A stretch of DNA of 64,000 nt from assembly GCA_011390155.1 (NCBI GenBank), contig JAABSW010000001.1, positions 58,953 through 122,952 of the forward strand. Direction: 5' to 3'. The position numbers were made by a program, and so were the translations under genes. The stretch is from Clostridiaceae bacterium (lineage in GTDB: Bacteria > Bacillota > Clostridia > Peptostreptococcales > Tindalliaceae). Numbering within the stretch: the stretch's first letter is position 1; the number at the start of each line of letters is the position of its first letter. Shown here in pieces: positions 8,511-17,596 of this stretch. Under the pieces are notes generated by a model. It made no database searches. It worked only from the letters and a program-made list of their open reading frames with translations, and was not told the origin of the DNA.

Positions 8511-11500
8511 ATGATGCTAAGAGACGATTTGCTTCACATGCGTGATGAATACCTGGAAAAAGTGAATAAGTATGAATGGGTGGTTGCCATCTGTTCTGGG
8601 GCCGGATGCATATCATCAAAATGTGGTGAAGTGAAGGAGGCTTTTGAACAGGCACTTGAAAAGCATGGTATCTCGGATCGGGTGCTGGTCAAGGTGACAG
8701 GTTGTATGGGGATCTGTGATGCAGGGCCAATGATAATGGTATCGCCGGAACAGGTACTCTATTGCCACCTTGAACCGCCTATGATGGATGCCTTGGTGGA
8801 AGGACACTTTCTGCAAAGGAAAATCATGGAGGAAATGACTTTCTACTACGCCAGGGAAGACAAGTACATTCCATACCTTAAAGACCTTCCATTCTTTAAG
8901 GGACAGGAAAAAGTTGTGCTTAAGAATTGCGGCGAGTTGGATTACCGGTCTCTGGAAGAATATATTGCACGGGACGGTTTTTTTGCACTTGAAAAAGCAC
9001 TTCACACCATGTCACCGGAGGAAGTCATTGAAGAAATAACAGAATCAGGGTTAAGGGGCAGGGGTGGCGGAGGTTTTCCCACTGGGCTTAAATGGAAATT
9101 TGCAGCCCGAAACAAGAGCGATCAGAAGTTCATGATTTGTAATGCTGACGAAGGAGACCCAGGGGCATTTATGGACAGGAGTCTGCTGGAAGGGGATCCT
9201 TTTAATATCATTGAAGGGATGCTCATTGGTGGATATGCCATTGGTGCTTCTAGAGGCTATGTGTATGTGAGGGCGGAATATCCCGTTGCCATAGAGCGAT
9301 TGGAAGAAGCCATTGGAAAAGCAAAGGAAGTTGGTCTCTTGGGGAATCGTATTCTTGGATCATCATTTGCCTTCGACCTTGAAGTGCGTATTGGTGCAGG
9401 CGCCTTTGTGTGTGGGGAGGAAACAGCCCTGATTGCTTCCGTGGAAGGCAAGAGGGGAGAACCGAAGCAAAAACCACCCTATCCTTCAGATGCAGGGTTA
9501 TCGGGGAAACCAACAGTCATTAATAACGTGGAAACCTTGGGCAATGTGTCAACCATTATCTTGAAAGGTGCAGAGGCTTTTGGTAAGCGGGGAACGGAAA
9601 AAAGCAGAGGAACCAAGGTGTTTGCTTTGGCAGGTGCCATCAATAACACCGGACTGGTGGAAGTGCCCCTGGGATTGACTTTGGGAGAAATTCTTTTCGA
9701 CATAGGAGGCGGCATACCCAAGGGCAAAAAGTTCAAAGTGGCACAAACCGGAGGACCTTCCGGCGGTTGTATTACTGGAGAAAACCTTAATGTTCCCGTG
9801 GATTATGAATCCCTTTCGGAGCTGGGTGCCATCATGGGATCCGGGGGCCTCATCTGCATGGATGAAGATACTTGCATGGTGGATATGGCCCGTTACTTTA
9901 TGGAATTTGTGCAGGATGAATCCTGTGGTAAATGCCTGGCATGTCGGGTGGGAACCAGACGGATGCTTGATATTTTGGACAGAATCACACAGGGGCAAGG
10001 CCAGGAAGGAGATGTGGAGTTACTGATAGAGTTGTCAGAAACCATAAAAGACACCGCATTATGTGGCCTGGGACAAACAGCTCCCAACCCGGTCTTAAGT
10101 ACCATACGGTATTTCAGGGATGAATATGACCAGCACATAAGAGATCATTACTGTCAGGCAGGTGTGTGTGCAGAGCTCTTTATTTCACCCTGTGAAAACG
10201 CTTGTCCTGCCCACGTGAATGTGCCTGGGTATGTATCCCTGATTGCCAGTGGACGTCCGCTGGACGCGTACCGACTGGTGAGACAGGAGAATCCACTGCC
10301 GTCAGTTTGTGGTCGAATTTGCACACATCCCTGTGAGGGAAAATGCAGGCGAACTCAACTGGATGAACCCATCGCCATCAGCGATTTGAAGAGATACGCT
10401 GCTGATGAAGCAATGAAACTGGAGAATGGGGTTCCCGATCCGGTGCTGCCTAAGAAAGACAAGTCCGTTGCCATCATCGGAGCAGGTCCTTCTGGATTGA
10501 CCTGTGGCTACTACCTGGCCAAGCTTGGTTATGACATTACCATTTACGAAAAACATGAACTGCCAGGCGGCGTATTGGCTTATGGGATTCCGGAATATCG
10601 GTTGCCCCGGGATGTACTGAAAAAGGAAATTGATGCCATTAAACGGGTGGGAGTCAAGATTAAGACCAATGTTGAAATTGGTAAAGACATGTCCTTTACT
10701 CAATTAAAGGATCTGCATGATGCCATCTATATCAGTACCGGAGCCCATGGTTCGAGACTTGCCGGTATTCCTGGCGAAGACTTGGAAGGTGTGTATAAAG
10801 GACTTGAATTTTTACGCCACGCCGGCGAATTAGACCAGGACGCTATGAAAGGCATTGTTGCCGTCATCGGTGGTGGAAGCACTGCCATGGATGCCGCCAG
10901 GGTTTGCCTGCGCAAAGGGGCGGATGAGGTGCATATATTCTACCGACGCACCCAGGAAGACATGCCAGCTCATAAACGAGAAGTACAGGAAGCCTTGGAA
11001 GAAAAAATTCATGTTCATGACCTATGGCATCCGATATCCATCATAGGCCAGAACAAGGCAGAAAGTATAAAGCTTCAGAAAATGATCACAAAAGGCTTTG
11101 ACCGTGAGGGTCGTAACCAGGTGGTGCCCAGTGAAGGTGAAATCATGGAATTCGAAGCAGACCATATCATCGTGGCGGTGAGCCAGCACACGGAAATCGA
11201 ATTTGCCAAACCACATAAGTTTGACCTGACCAGAATGGATACGTTTATAGTGGACGATAAAACCCAAATGACCAATGTGGAAAATGTTTTTGCAGGCGGA
11301 GACGTTGTGCGAGGTTCAAATGTGGCTATATTGGCCATTGCTGATGGCAAAAAGGCGGCCAGGTCCATCGATGTAAACCTGGGAGGTACAGGTGAACTGT
11401 ATAAGGGAGAACCCATTGAATTTCCAATGGAGATTGATGACTCTGAGTTGGAAGAACATCCCCGTTTCCCCATGGATTTTCTACCGCCGGAAGAAAGGGT

Positions 11501-11591
11501 CAACAATTTTGATGAAGTTGCTTTCCGTTATCATCGATTGAATGCCATGGCGGAAGCCATGCGTTGTCTGCGGTGTGACTATCGTTTATAG
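8511..11591 (+). CDS. NuoF/HydB-like flavoprotein fused to a C-terminal GltD/NfnB-like NAD(P)H:FAD oxidoreductase
   Basis: N-terminal [2Fe-2S] module (CSGAGC...GCMGICDAGP). NuoF motifs GLRGRGGGGFPTGLKW, ICNADEGDPGAFMDR, ESCGKCLACRVG and CGLGQTAPNP. GltD-type region follows: CENACPAHVN...CGRICTHPCEGKCRR, VAIIGAGPSGLTCGYYL, VAVIGGGSTAMDAAR. 1026 aa from the ATG at 8511. Confidence 0.85.
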   Translation: MMLRDDLLHMRDEYLEKVNKYEWVVAICSGAGCISSKCGEVKEAFEQALEKHGISDRVLVKVTGCMGICDAGPMIMVSPEQVLYCHLEPPMMDALVEGHFLQRKIMEEMTFYYAREDKYIPYLKDLPFFKGQEKVVLKNCGELDYRSLEEYIARDGFFALEKALHTMSPEEVIEEITESGLRGRGGGGFPTGLKWKFAARNKSDQKFMICNADEGDPGAFMDRSLLEGDPFNIIEGMLIGGYAIGASRGYVYVRAEYPVAIERLEEAIGKAKEVGLLGNRILGSSFAFDLEVRIGAGAFVCGEETALIASVEGKRGEPKQKPPYPSDAGLSGKPTVINNVETLGNVSTIILKGAEAFGKRGTEKSRGTKVFALAGAINNTGLVEVPLGLTLGEILFDIGGGIPKGKKFKVAQTGGPSGGCITGENLNVPVDYESLSELGAIMGSGGLICMDEDTCMVDMARYFMEFVQDESCGKCLACRVGTRRMLDILDRITQGQGQEGDVELLIELSETIKDTALCGLGQTAPNPVLSTIRYFRDEYDQHIRDHYCQAGVCAELFISPCENACPAHVNVPGYVSLIASGRPLDAYRLVRQENPLPSVCGRICTHPCEGKCRRTQLDEPIAISDLKRYAADEAMKLENGVPDPVLPKKDKSVAIIGAGPSGLTCGYYLAKLGYDITIYEKHELPGGVLAYGIPEYRLPRDVLKKEIDAIKRVGVKIKTNVEIGKDMSFTQLKDLHDAIYISTGAHGSRLAGIPGEDLEGVYKGLEFLRHAGELDQDAMKGIVAVIGGGSTAMDAARVCLRKGADEVHIFYRRTQEDMPAHKREVQEALEEKIHVHDLWHPISIIGQNKAESIKLQKMITKGFDREGRNQVVPSEGEIMEFEADHIIVAVSQHTEIEFAKPHKFDLTRMDTFIVDDKTQMTNVENVFAGGDVVRGSNVAILAIADGKKAARSIDVNLGGTGELYKGEPIEFPMEIDDSELEEHPRFPMDFLPPEERVNNFDEVAFRYHRLNAMAEAMRCLRCDYRL

Positions 11592-11604
11592 GAGGTGAAA
11601 TCAA

Positions 11605-13428
11605 TTGGTAAACATCACAATGAACCGTAAAAGAATCACAGTTCCCCAGGGAACAACCATACTGGAAGCAGCAAAGAAAAATCACATCAAGATTCCTCAT
11701 CTTTGTTACCTTGAAGATGTGCATGAATCTGGATCATGCCGTGTGTGTGTGGTGGAAGTTGAAGGTATGAAAAACCTGCAGGCTTCCTGTATCACCCAGG
11801 CAGCAGAAGGTATGGTCATTGACACCAACAGCCAGCGGGTCAGATCAGCGCGTAAAATTCTGTATGAATTGCTTCTTTCAGACCATCCAAAAGACTGTCT
11901 GGTGTGCGGTCGCAACAATCACTGCGAATTGCAGGAACTTGGCGAATTGGTTCAATTGGAGGAAAGCAGGTTTGACGGTGTTCACTCAAAGTCTCACAGG
12001 GATTTGAGTTCTTATGCCATTGAAAAGGATGATGAAAAATGCATTTTATGCCGTCGATGTGTGACTGTGTGCAATGAAATTCAGGGCGTGGGCATATTTA
12101 ATGTTCAAAACAGAGGGTTTGGTTCCAGTATTGGAGGTGGAATGGAGTTGCCCCTTGGAGACACCACCTGCACCAATTGTGGGCAGTGTGTTACCGTTTG
12201 TCCCGTGGGCGCATTGAAAGAAAAGGATGCCACACAGAATGTCTGGGAAGCACTGAAAAACCCTGATGTGGAAGTGGTTGTCCAAACGGCTCCGGCAGTG
12301 CGTGTAGCACTGGGTGAAGAATTTGGAATGCCGGCTGGATCCAACGTGACGGGTAAGATGGCCAGGGCACTGGATGATTTAGGATTCAATCATGTTTTTG
12401 ATACCAACTTTGCTGCGGACCTGACCATCATAGAAGAAGGAACAGAATTACTGCTTAGGTTGGTAAATCATTTGCATCACCAGGGAGCCATTACCGCTGA
12501 ACAGGTGGAAAAAACAGGCTTACCATTATTGGAAGAAGCGCCGGCCCTTCCCATGATCACCAGTTGCAGTCCAGGTTGGATAAAATTTGCAGAACATACC
12601 TACCCGGAACAACTAAAACATTTGTCCACCTGTAAATCGCCCCACATGATGCTGGGCGCTTTGGTTAAAGATTATTACGCGAAACAAATCAACAAAGATC
12701 CCAAGGATATTTTTGTGGTTTCCATTATGCCTTGTACCGCTAAAAAATACGAAATTGAAAGACCGGAGATGATGAATGGTGGTACCAGAAATGTGGATGC
12801 CGTATTAACCACGCGGGAAATGGCTAAAATGATCAAAGACGCCGGCATCGATTTTATTACCCTGGAAGATAGGGAATTTGACAATCCATTGGGGATTTCA
12901 ACAGGAGCTGCAGATATTTTTGGGGTGACAGGTGGCGTGATGGAGGCAGCACTGCGCACGGTGTATGAGTTGGTAACGGGCCGGGAAATCCCCTTTGACA
13001 AACTTAGAGTGGAACCCATGAAAGGTTTGGATCGGATTAAAACCGCCACCCTAACCATAAAAGATCCCATTGAAACCTATCAGTTTTTGGATGGCGTTGA
13101 AGTTAGTGTGGCCACCACAAGTGGGTTGTTGGGAGCAGTAACCTTGTTGGATGAAATTGAGGATAACGCCAGTCCACATGTGTTTATTGAGGTGATGGGT
13201 TGCCCGGGTGGCTGTATCAGTGGAGGCGGACAGCCGCGAATGACCACCCAGCACATCCGGGAAATGCGCATGCAGGGACTATACCGGGAAGATGAGGCGA
13301 AAGTCCTTCGGAAATCTCATGAGAACCCTTTCATTACAGAAATCTACGAAAAATACCTGGAGAAACCTTTGGGGCATCTTTCTCATGAATTATTGCACAC
13401 GACTTACGTGCCCCGACAAAAGAGATAG
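11605..13428 (+). CDS. [FeFe]-hydrogenase HydA-like large subunit with variant H-cluster motif 1 (TSCSPGW)
   Basis: N-terminal 2Fe-2S and 4Fe-4S domains (CRVCVVEV, CxxCxxCxxxCP repeated twice). H-domain motifs MITSCSPGW (canonical form is TSCCPxW), MPCTAKKYE and EVMGCPGGCISGGGQP. TTG start 7 nt after AGGAGGTG. Confidence 0.85.
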   Translation: MVNITMNRKRITVPQGTTILEAAKKNHIKIPHLCYLEDVHESGSCRVCVVEVEGMKNLQASCITQAAEGMVIDTNSQRVRSARKILYELLLSDHPKDCLVCGRNNHCELQELGELVQLEESRFDGVHSKSHRDLSSYAIEKDDEKCILCRRCVTVCNEIQGVGIFNVQNRGFGSSIGGGMELPLGDTTCTNCGQCVTVCPVGALKEKDATQNVWEALKNPDVEVVVQTAPAVRVALGEEFGMPAGSNVTGKMARALDDLGFNHVFDTNFAADLTIIEEGTELLLRLVNHLHHQGAITAEQVEKTGLPLLEEAPALPMITSCSPGWIKFAEHTYPEQLKHLSTCKSPHMMLGALVKDYYAKQINKDPKDIFVVSIMPCTAKKYEIERPEMMNGGTRNVDAVLTTREMAKMIKDAGIDFITLEDREFDNPLGISTGAADIFGVTGGVMEAALRTVYELVTGREIPFDKLRVEPMKGLDRIKTATLTIKDPIETYQFLDGVEVSVATTSGLLGAVTLLDEIEDNASPHVFIEVMGCPGGCISGGGQPRMTTQHIREMRMQGLYREDEAKVLRKSHENPFITEIYEKYLEKPLGHLSHELLHTTYVPRQKR

Positions 13429-13461
13429 CAGCAGTTGTATGAACTAGGAGGTGACAGGTTG

Positions 13462-13977
13462 ATGTTGGTTGAAGGGGAAAGAAGAACTGAAAAAATAACA
13501 AAATCTGCTGTGTTGCTGTCACTGGCTCTCATTTTCCAGATAGGATTCACACCCTTTGCACAGCCTGTGGTGGGCCCTTTGGTAAACATGGTGTTGCTAC
13601 TGGCAGTGATCACAGTAGGTCCTGCCACTGCCTGTTTCATCGGGTGTCTGACTCCCATGGCGGCTTACGCACTGGGGATCATGCCCATTTTACCCATCGT
13701 GCCTGTGATCATGCTGGGAAACACACTCTATGTGTTAACATTTTTCATATTAAAAAATATAAATTTGGTGGTCGGTATTGCAGGAGCCGCGATGGTAAAA
13801 ACAATCCTGATGACTGTGACGGTTCGGTTGTTGGCAATATACCTTTTTCCTGCGTTACCTCCACAGGTCATCGCCGCACTTTCCATTCCGCAATTGTACT
13901 CAGCACTATTGGGAGGTGGTATGGCTTTTTTGATTAGCAGTTATCTTCCAAAGAAAATGGTGCATGACCAGAGATAA
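13462..13977 (+). CDS. Small polytopic membrane protein, ECF-transporter S-component-like (tentative)
   Basis: About 171 aa with 5-6 hydrophobic helices. RBS AGGAGGTG lies 8 nt before the ATG at 13462. No adjacent ECF A/T genes. Confidence 0.45.
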   Translation: MLVEGERRTEKITKSAVLLSLALIFQIGFTPFAQPVVGPLVNMVLLLAVITVGPATACFIGCLTPMAAYALGIMPILPIVPVIMLGNTLYVLTFFILKNINLVVGIAGAAMVKTILMTVTVRLLAIYLFPALPPQVIAALSIPQLYSALLGGGMAFLISSYLPKKMVHDQR

Positions 13978-14145
13978 CAGGCGTAGTTACTTAATGGACG
14001 GAGGTGTGGTGTTTGATAACATGAAACCATACCTCTGTTTATTTATTTGTTAGCACACTTTCTTGAATCAAAGAGGTGAAAAGGGGCATAATCATAAAAG
14101 AACCATTTTTGATACAACATTCACTATTAAAAAGGAAGTGGCCAG

Positions 14146-16824
14146 ATGAAGTGGTTTGACATGGAGTGGAACCAGGTGATGGATGAAATGAAAGTGGATT
14201 CCGACACCGGATTATCCCAGGCTGAAGCGGCTAAAAAACTGCTGAACACCGGACCAAATAAAATCAGTGAAAAACCACCTGCCAGTCTGCTGAGTTTGTT
14301 TATATCTCAGTTGAAAAACGCGTTAATCTATGTGTTGTTGGCAGCTGTCGTTGTTACCCTGGTTATTGGAGAGTACATCGATGCGGTGATTATCCTGTTG
14401 GTGGTGGTGTTAAACGCCACCATTGGGGTGGTGCAAGCCCACAAAGCGGAACAGGCAATCGCAGCCCTCAAGCAAATGACTGTGGGGAAGGCATTGGTAC
14501 GCCGTAATGGTCAGGTGGAAGAGATCAACACTGAAAAATTGGTGCCGGGGGATATTGTATTACTGGAAGCCGGTCGTTTGGTGCCCGCAGATCTACGTTT
14601 AATTGAAAGCATCAACCTTCAAATTGATGAATCAGCATTGACGGGAGAGTCGGTACCCACAGAGAAACAAACCCTGCCTATTGACAAAGGTTCGAACCCT
14701 GGAGTAGGCGATTTAACCAACATGGCTTTCATGTCTACAACGATAACCTATGGACGGGGTGAAGGGATTGTTGTGGGAACAGGCATGAAAACAGAGATTG
14801 GAAAAATTGCGGACATGCTTCACGAGTCGAAAGAAACCCTGACACCTTTGCAGAAACGGCTGGAAGAATTGGGAAGAACTTTGGGACTACTGGCGCTGGG
14901 TATTTCTGGTCTTATATTGATAGTGTCCTTATTACAGGGAAGAGACTTTTTCGATATGTTTCTCACAGCCATCAGCTTGGCAGTGGCGGCAATACCGGAA
15001 GGTTTACCAGCCATCGTTGCCATCGTACTGGCTTTGGGTGTTACCAGAATGTCAAAAATCAATGCCATCGTGAGAAAACTGCCAGCGGTTGAAACCTTGG
15101 GGTCAGTCAGTATTGTGTGCACTGACAAAACAGGGACGCTGACTCAAAACCGCATGACAGTCACCCATCATTACATTGATGGACAACTAAAGAAAATGCC
15201 GCATGCTGATGACTCTGATGGTAGTGAGTCTGAAGATGATGCATTACAGGCATCTGATGCAGAACGAATGATGATGAAAACCCTGGTACTGTGTGCGGAC
15301 GCTACCCTGGAAGATGGAAAAGAGACGGGTGATCCCACAGAAATTGCAGGCCTGGCCTGGGCAAAAAGATATGGTGTCTATTGGAAGAATCTGGTCAGTC
15401 AACATGAGCGGGTGGGAGAAAAACCCTTTGATTCTGAACGGAAATTAATGTCCACGCTGAACAAAGAGCAGGATGACTACATGGTTCACACAAAAGGAGC
15501 TGTTGATAACCTGTTACACATTACCACCCATGTAATGATGGGCAACGAAGTGATTCCCCTGACACAAGAATTAAAAGATAACTATAACCAGATGGTGGAA
15601 CAACTTTCTGCTGACGCATTACGGGTGTTAGGAGCAGCGTATAAAGTAACGAAAGAAAAAATAGAACCTGAAGAGATGGAGAAAGACTTGGTTTTACTAG
15701 GATTGGTTGGAATGATCGACCCTCCCCGCCCGGAGGTGAGAGACGCCATTGAAGAAGCAAAAGCCGCAGGCATTACACCGGTTATGATCACAGGAGACCA
15801 CCAGCAGACGGCGGTTGCCATTGGTAAAGAACTGGGAATAAACACGTCCATAGAACAGAGTATTACCGGTGCAGAAATAGATGTCATGGCCCAGGATGAG
15901 CTTCAGAATAATATTAATCAGTACCGTGTTTTTGCAAGGGTTTCACCAGCGCATAAGGTAAAGATTGTCCAGGCTTTTCAATCACAGGGGTATGTGGTGT
16001 CAATGACAGGGGACGGGGTGAATGATGCTCCTTCCTTGAAGATGGCCGACATTGGAGTCGCCATGGGTATCACAGGGACTGATGTCTCGAAAGGTGCCAG
16101 TGACATGGTACTGATAGACGATAATTTTTCAACCATCATCCGTGCAGTACGGGAAGGCCGAATCATTTATAATAACATCAGAAAATCGGTGTTGTTCTTG
16201 TTGTCCTGTAACTTGGGAGAAGTGGTGGCAATTTTTGCAGCCATTTTACTAGCCTGGCCAGTGCCTTTGTTGCCCACACAAATCTTATGGATCAACCTGA
16301 TCACAGATACGCTGCCTGCCATTGCCCTTGGAATTGATCCGGAAGAGCCTGGATTGATGCAGAAAAAGCCCAGACCACCAGAGGAAAGTATCTTTGCACA
16401 TGGTGCTATAAAGCGTGTTGTTCTTGGTGGTGTGCTGATCGGTGCTTTGACCCTGGCTGCTTTTTATTATGGTTTGTACGAACATGGCTATCACATGGAT
16501 GCCCGAAATATTCCGGAAAATGTAATGACCTATGCCAGAACAATGGCCTTTGTGGTGCTAGCTGGTACCCAGCTCTTTTATTCCCTGGCAATGCGCAGCT
16601 CCAACAGATCTATTTTTGCCATTGGTATCTTTAGTAATCCTTATTTAATTGGCGCCATGGCAGCAGGGTTTGCGTTACAGTTGATGGTTATTTCAGTACC
16701 ATTTCTGTCACGGGCTTTTAAGGTACAGATGCTGTCCTTGTCCGACTGGCTTCTGGTCTTTGGTTTGTCGGTGATCCCACTAATTTTCAGTGAACTGTTT
16801 AAATTATTCCGGCGTGATCTATAA
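14146..16824 (+). CDS. P-type (E1-E2) cation-transporting ATPase, Ca2+-ATPase-like
   Basis: CTDKTGTLTQN phosphorylation motif, TGES, MITGDH and MTGDGVNDAPSLK. 892 aa with about 10 TM segments. Confidence 0.9.
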   Translation: MKWFDMEWNQVMDEMKVDSDTGLSQAEAAKKLLNTGPNKISEKPPASLLSLFISQLKNALIYVLLAAVVVTLVIGEYIDAVIILLVVVLNATIGVVQAHKAEQAIAALKQMTVGKALVRRNGQVEEINTEKLVPGDIVLLEAGRLVPADLRLIESINLQIDESALTGESVPTEKQTLPIDKGSNPGVGDLTNMAFMSTTITYGRGEGIVVGTGMKTEIGKIADMLHESKETLTPLQKRLEELGRTLGLLALGISGLILIVSLLQGRDFFDMFLTAISLAVAAIPEGLPAIVAIVLALGVTRMSKINAIVRKLPAVETLGSVSIVCTDKTGTLTQNRMTVTHHYIDGQLKKMPHADDSDGSESEDDALQASDAERMMMKTLVLCADATLEDGKETGDPTEIAGLAWAKRYGVYWKNLVSQHERVGEKPFDSERKLMSTLNKEQDDYMVHTKGAVDNLLHITTHVMMGNEVIPLTQELKDNYNQMVEQLSADALRVLGAAYKVTKEKIEPEEMEKDLVLLGLVGMIDPPRPEVRDAIEEAKAAGITPVMITGDHQQTAVAIGKELGINTSIEQSITGAEIDVMAQDELQNNINQYRVFARVSPAHKVKIVQAFQSQGYVVSMTGDGVNDAPSLKMADIGVAMGITGTDVSKGASDMVLIDDNFSTIIRAVREGRIIYNNIRKSVLFLLSCNLGEVVAIFAAILLAWPVPLLPTQILWINLITDTLPAIALGIDPEEPGLMQKKPRPPEESIFAHGAIKRVVLGGVLIGALTLAAFYYGLYEHGYHMDARNIPENVMTYARTMAFVVLAGTQLFYSLAMRSSNRSIFAIGIFSNPYLIGAMAAGFALQLMVISVPFLSRAFKVQMLSLSDWLLVFGLSVIPLIFSELFKLFRRDL

Positions 16825-16843
16825 AACAGTGTCATTAAAAAAC

Positions 16844-16877
16844 AAAAATCCTGAACTCTTTTGAGCTCAGGATTTTT
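16844..16877. terminator. Bidirectional terminator between convergent genes
   Basis: AAAAATCCTGAACTC / GAGCTCAGGATTTTT stem (one mismatch) flanked by an A-run and a T-run. Confidence 0.6.
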
Positions 16878-16953
16878 CATGGAAAGAATGGTGTAAATTG
16901 TTAATAAGATTTAATCTATTTTAAGTATTATCTATGGTAGACTAAGGGAGTGA

Positions 16954-17454
16954 TCAGCTGAAAAAGCTTAAAAAAGCCAAGGCTGTAACAACTTTGTCCT
17001 TGGTTCGCACTGGAAGCATTGTTACGTTCCTCCAGGCATCACGTACAAGGTCTTGTTGTGAAGACCGGTCACCTGTTGTGCACCAGGTGGAAAAATGTTC
17101 GCAGTTATTGTGTTTTGGATGATAAACATCAAAACCTTGTTCCAGGCGTGACATTGCACGTTCCACAATCTGATCAGGATTGAAAAAGGTGACAGTGTTT
17201 TGATCAGTCTCAACGACTCCATCACGGGTAAAGTCTTCAAGACTTGTTACAATTACCTTAGCTTCTTTCATGGCAAGAATGCTTTCGCAGCGAAAATGAG
17301 CCACCAATCCATCACCAATGTCGATGCCGTAGTGTTTGTAAGATAAGCATCGAATGATGATTATATCCACCCAGCTGGTTTTGGGTGTTTTACGGCATTC
17401 GATGGAACCCAGTCCAAGGGGAATTCTATTGACATAAATAATATCGCCACGCAT
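16954..17454 (-). CDS. LRAT / NlpC-P60 superfamily (H-box and NCEHF motif) protein with a C-terminal hydrophobic tail
   Basis: HYGIDIGDG (His) and HNNCEHFSTWC (catalytic Cys motif of the LRAT/PLAAT family). The last residues VVTALAFLSFFS are hydrophobic. Confidence 0.65.
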   Translation of the reverse strand: MRGDIIYVNRIPLGLGSIECRKTPKTSWVDIIIIRCLSYKHYGIDIGDGLVAHFRCESILAMKEAKVIVTSLEDFTRDGVVETDQNTVTFFNPDQIVERAMSRLEQGFDVYHPKHNNCEHFSTWCTTGDRSSQQDLVRDAWRNVTMLPVRTKDKVVTALAFLSFFS

Positions 17455-17596
17455 TGAACCACTTCCTCAAAAGAATATGTGATTATTATATATGCTTAAG
17501 GACGGATGCGCCAGCTTTTTGTTTCAGATTTGTGTTTCAGATTATGGTCTGCAACATAGTATTAAATAAATAATGAATGCTAACATAGAGTGCTGA

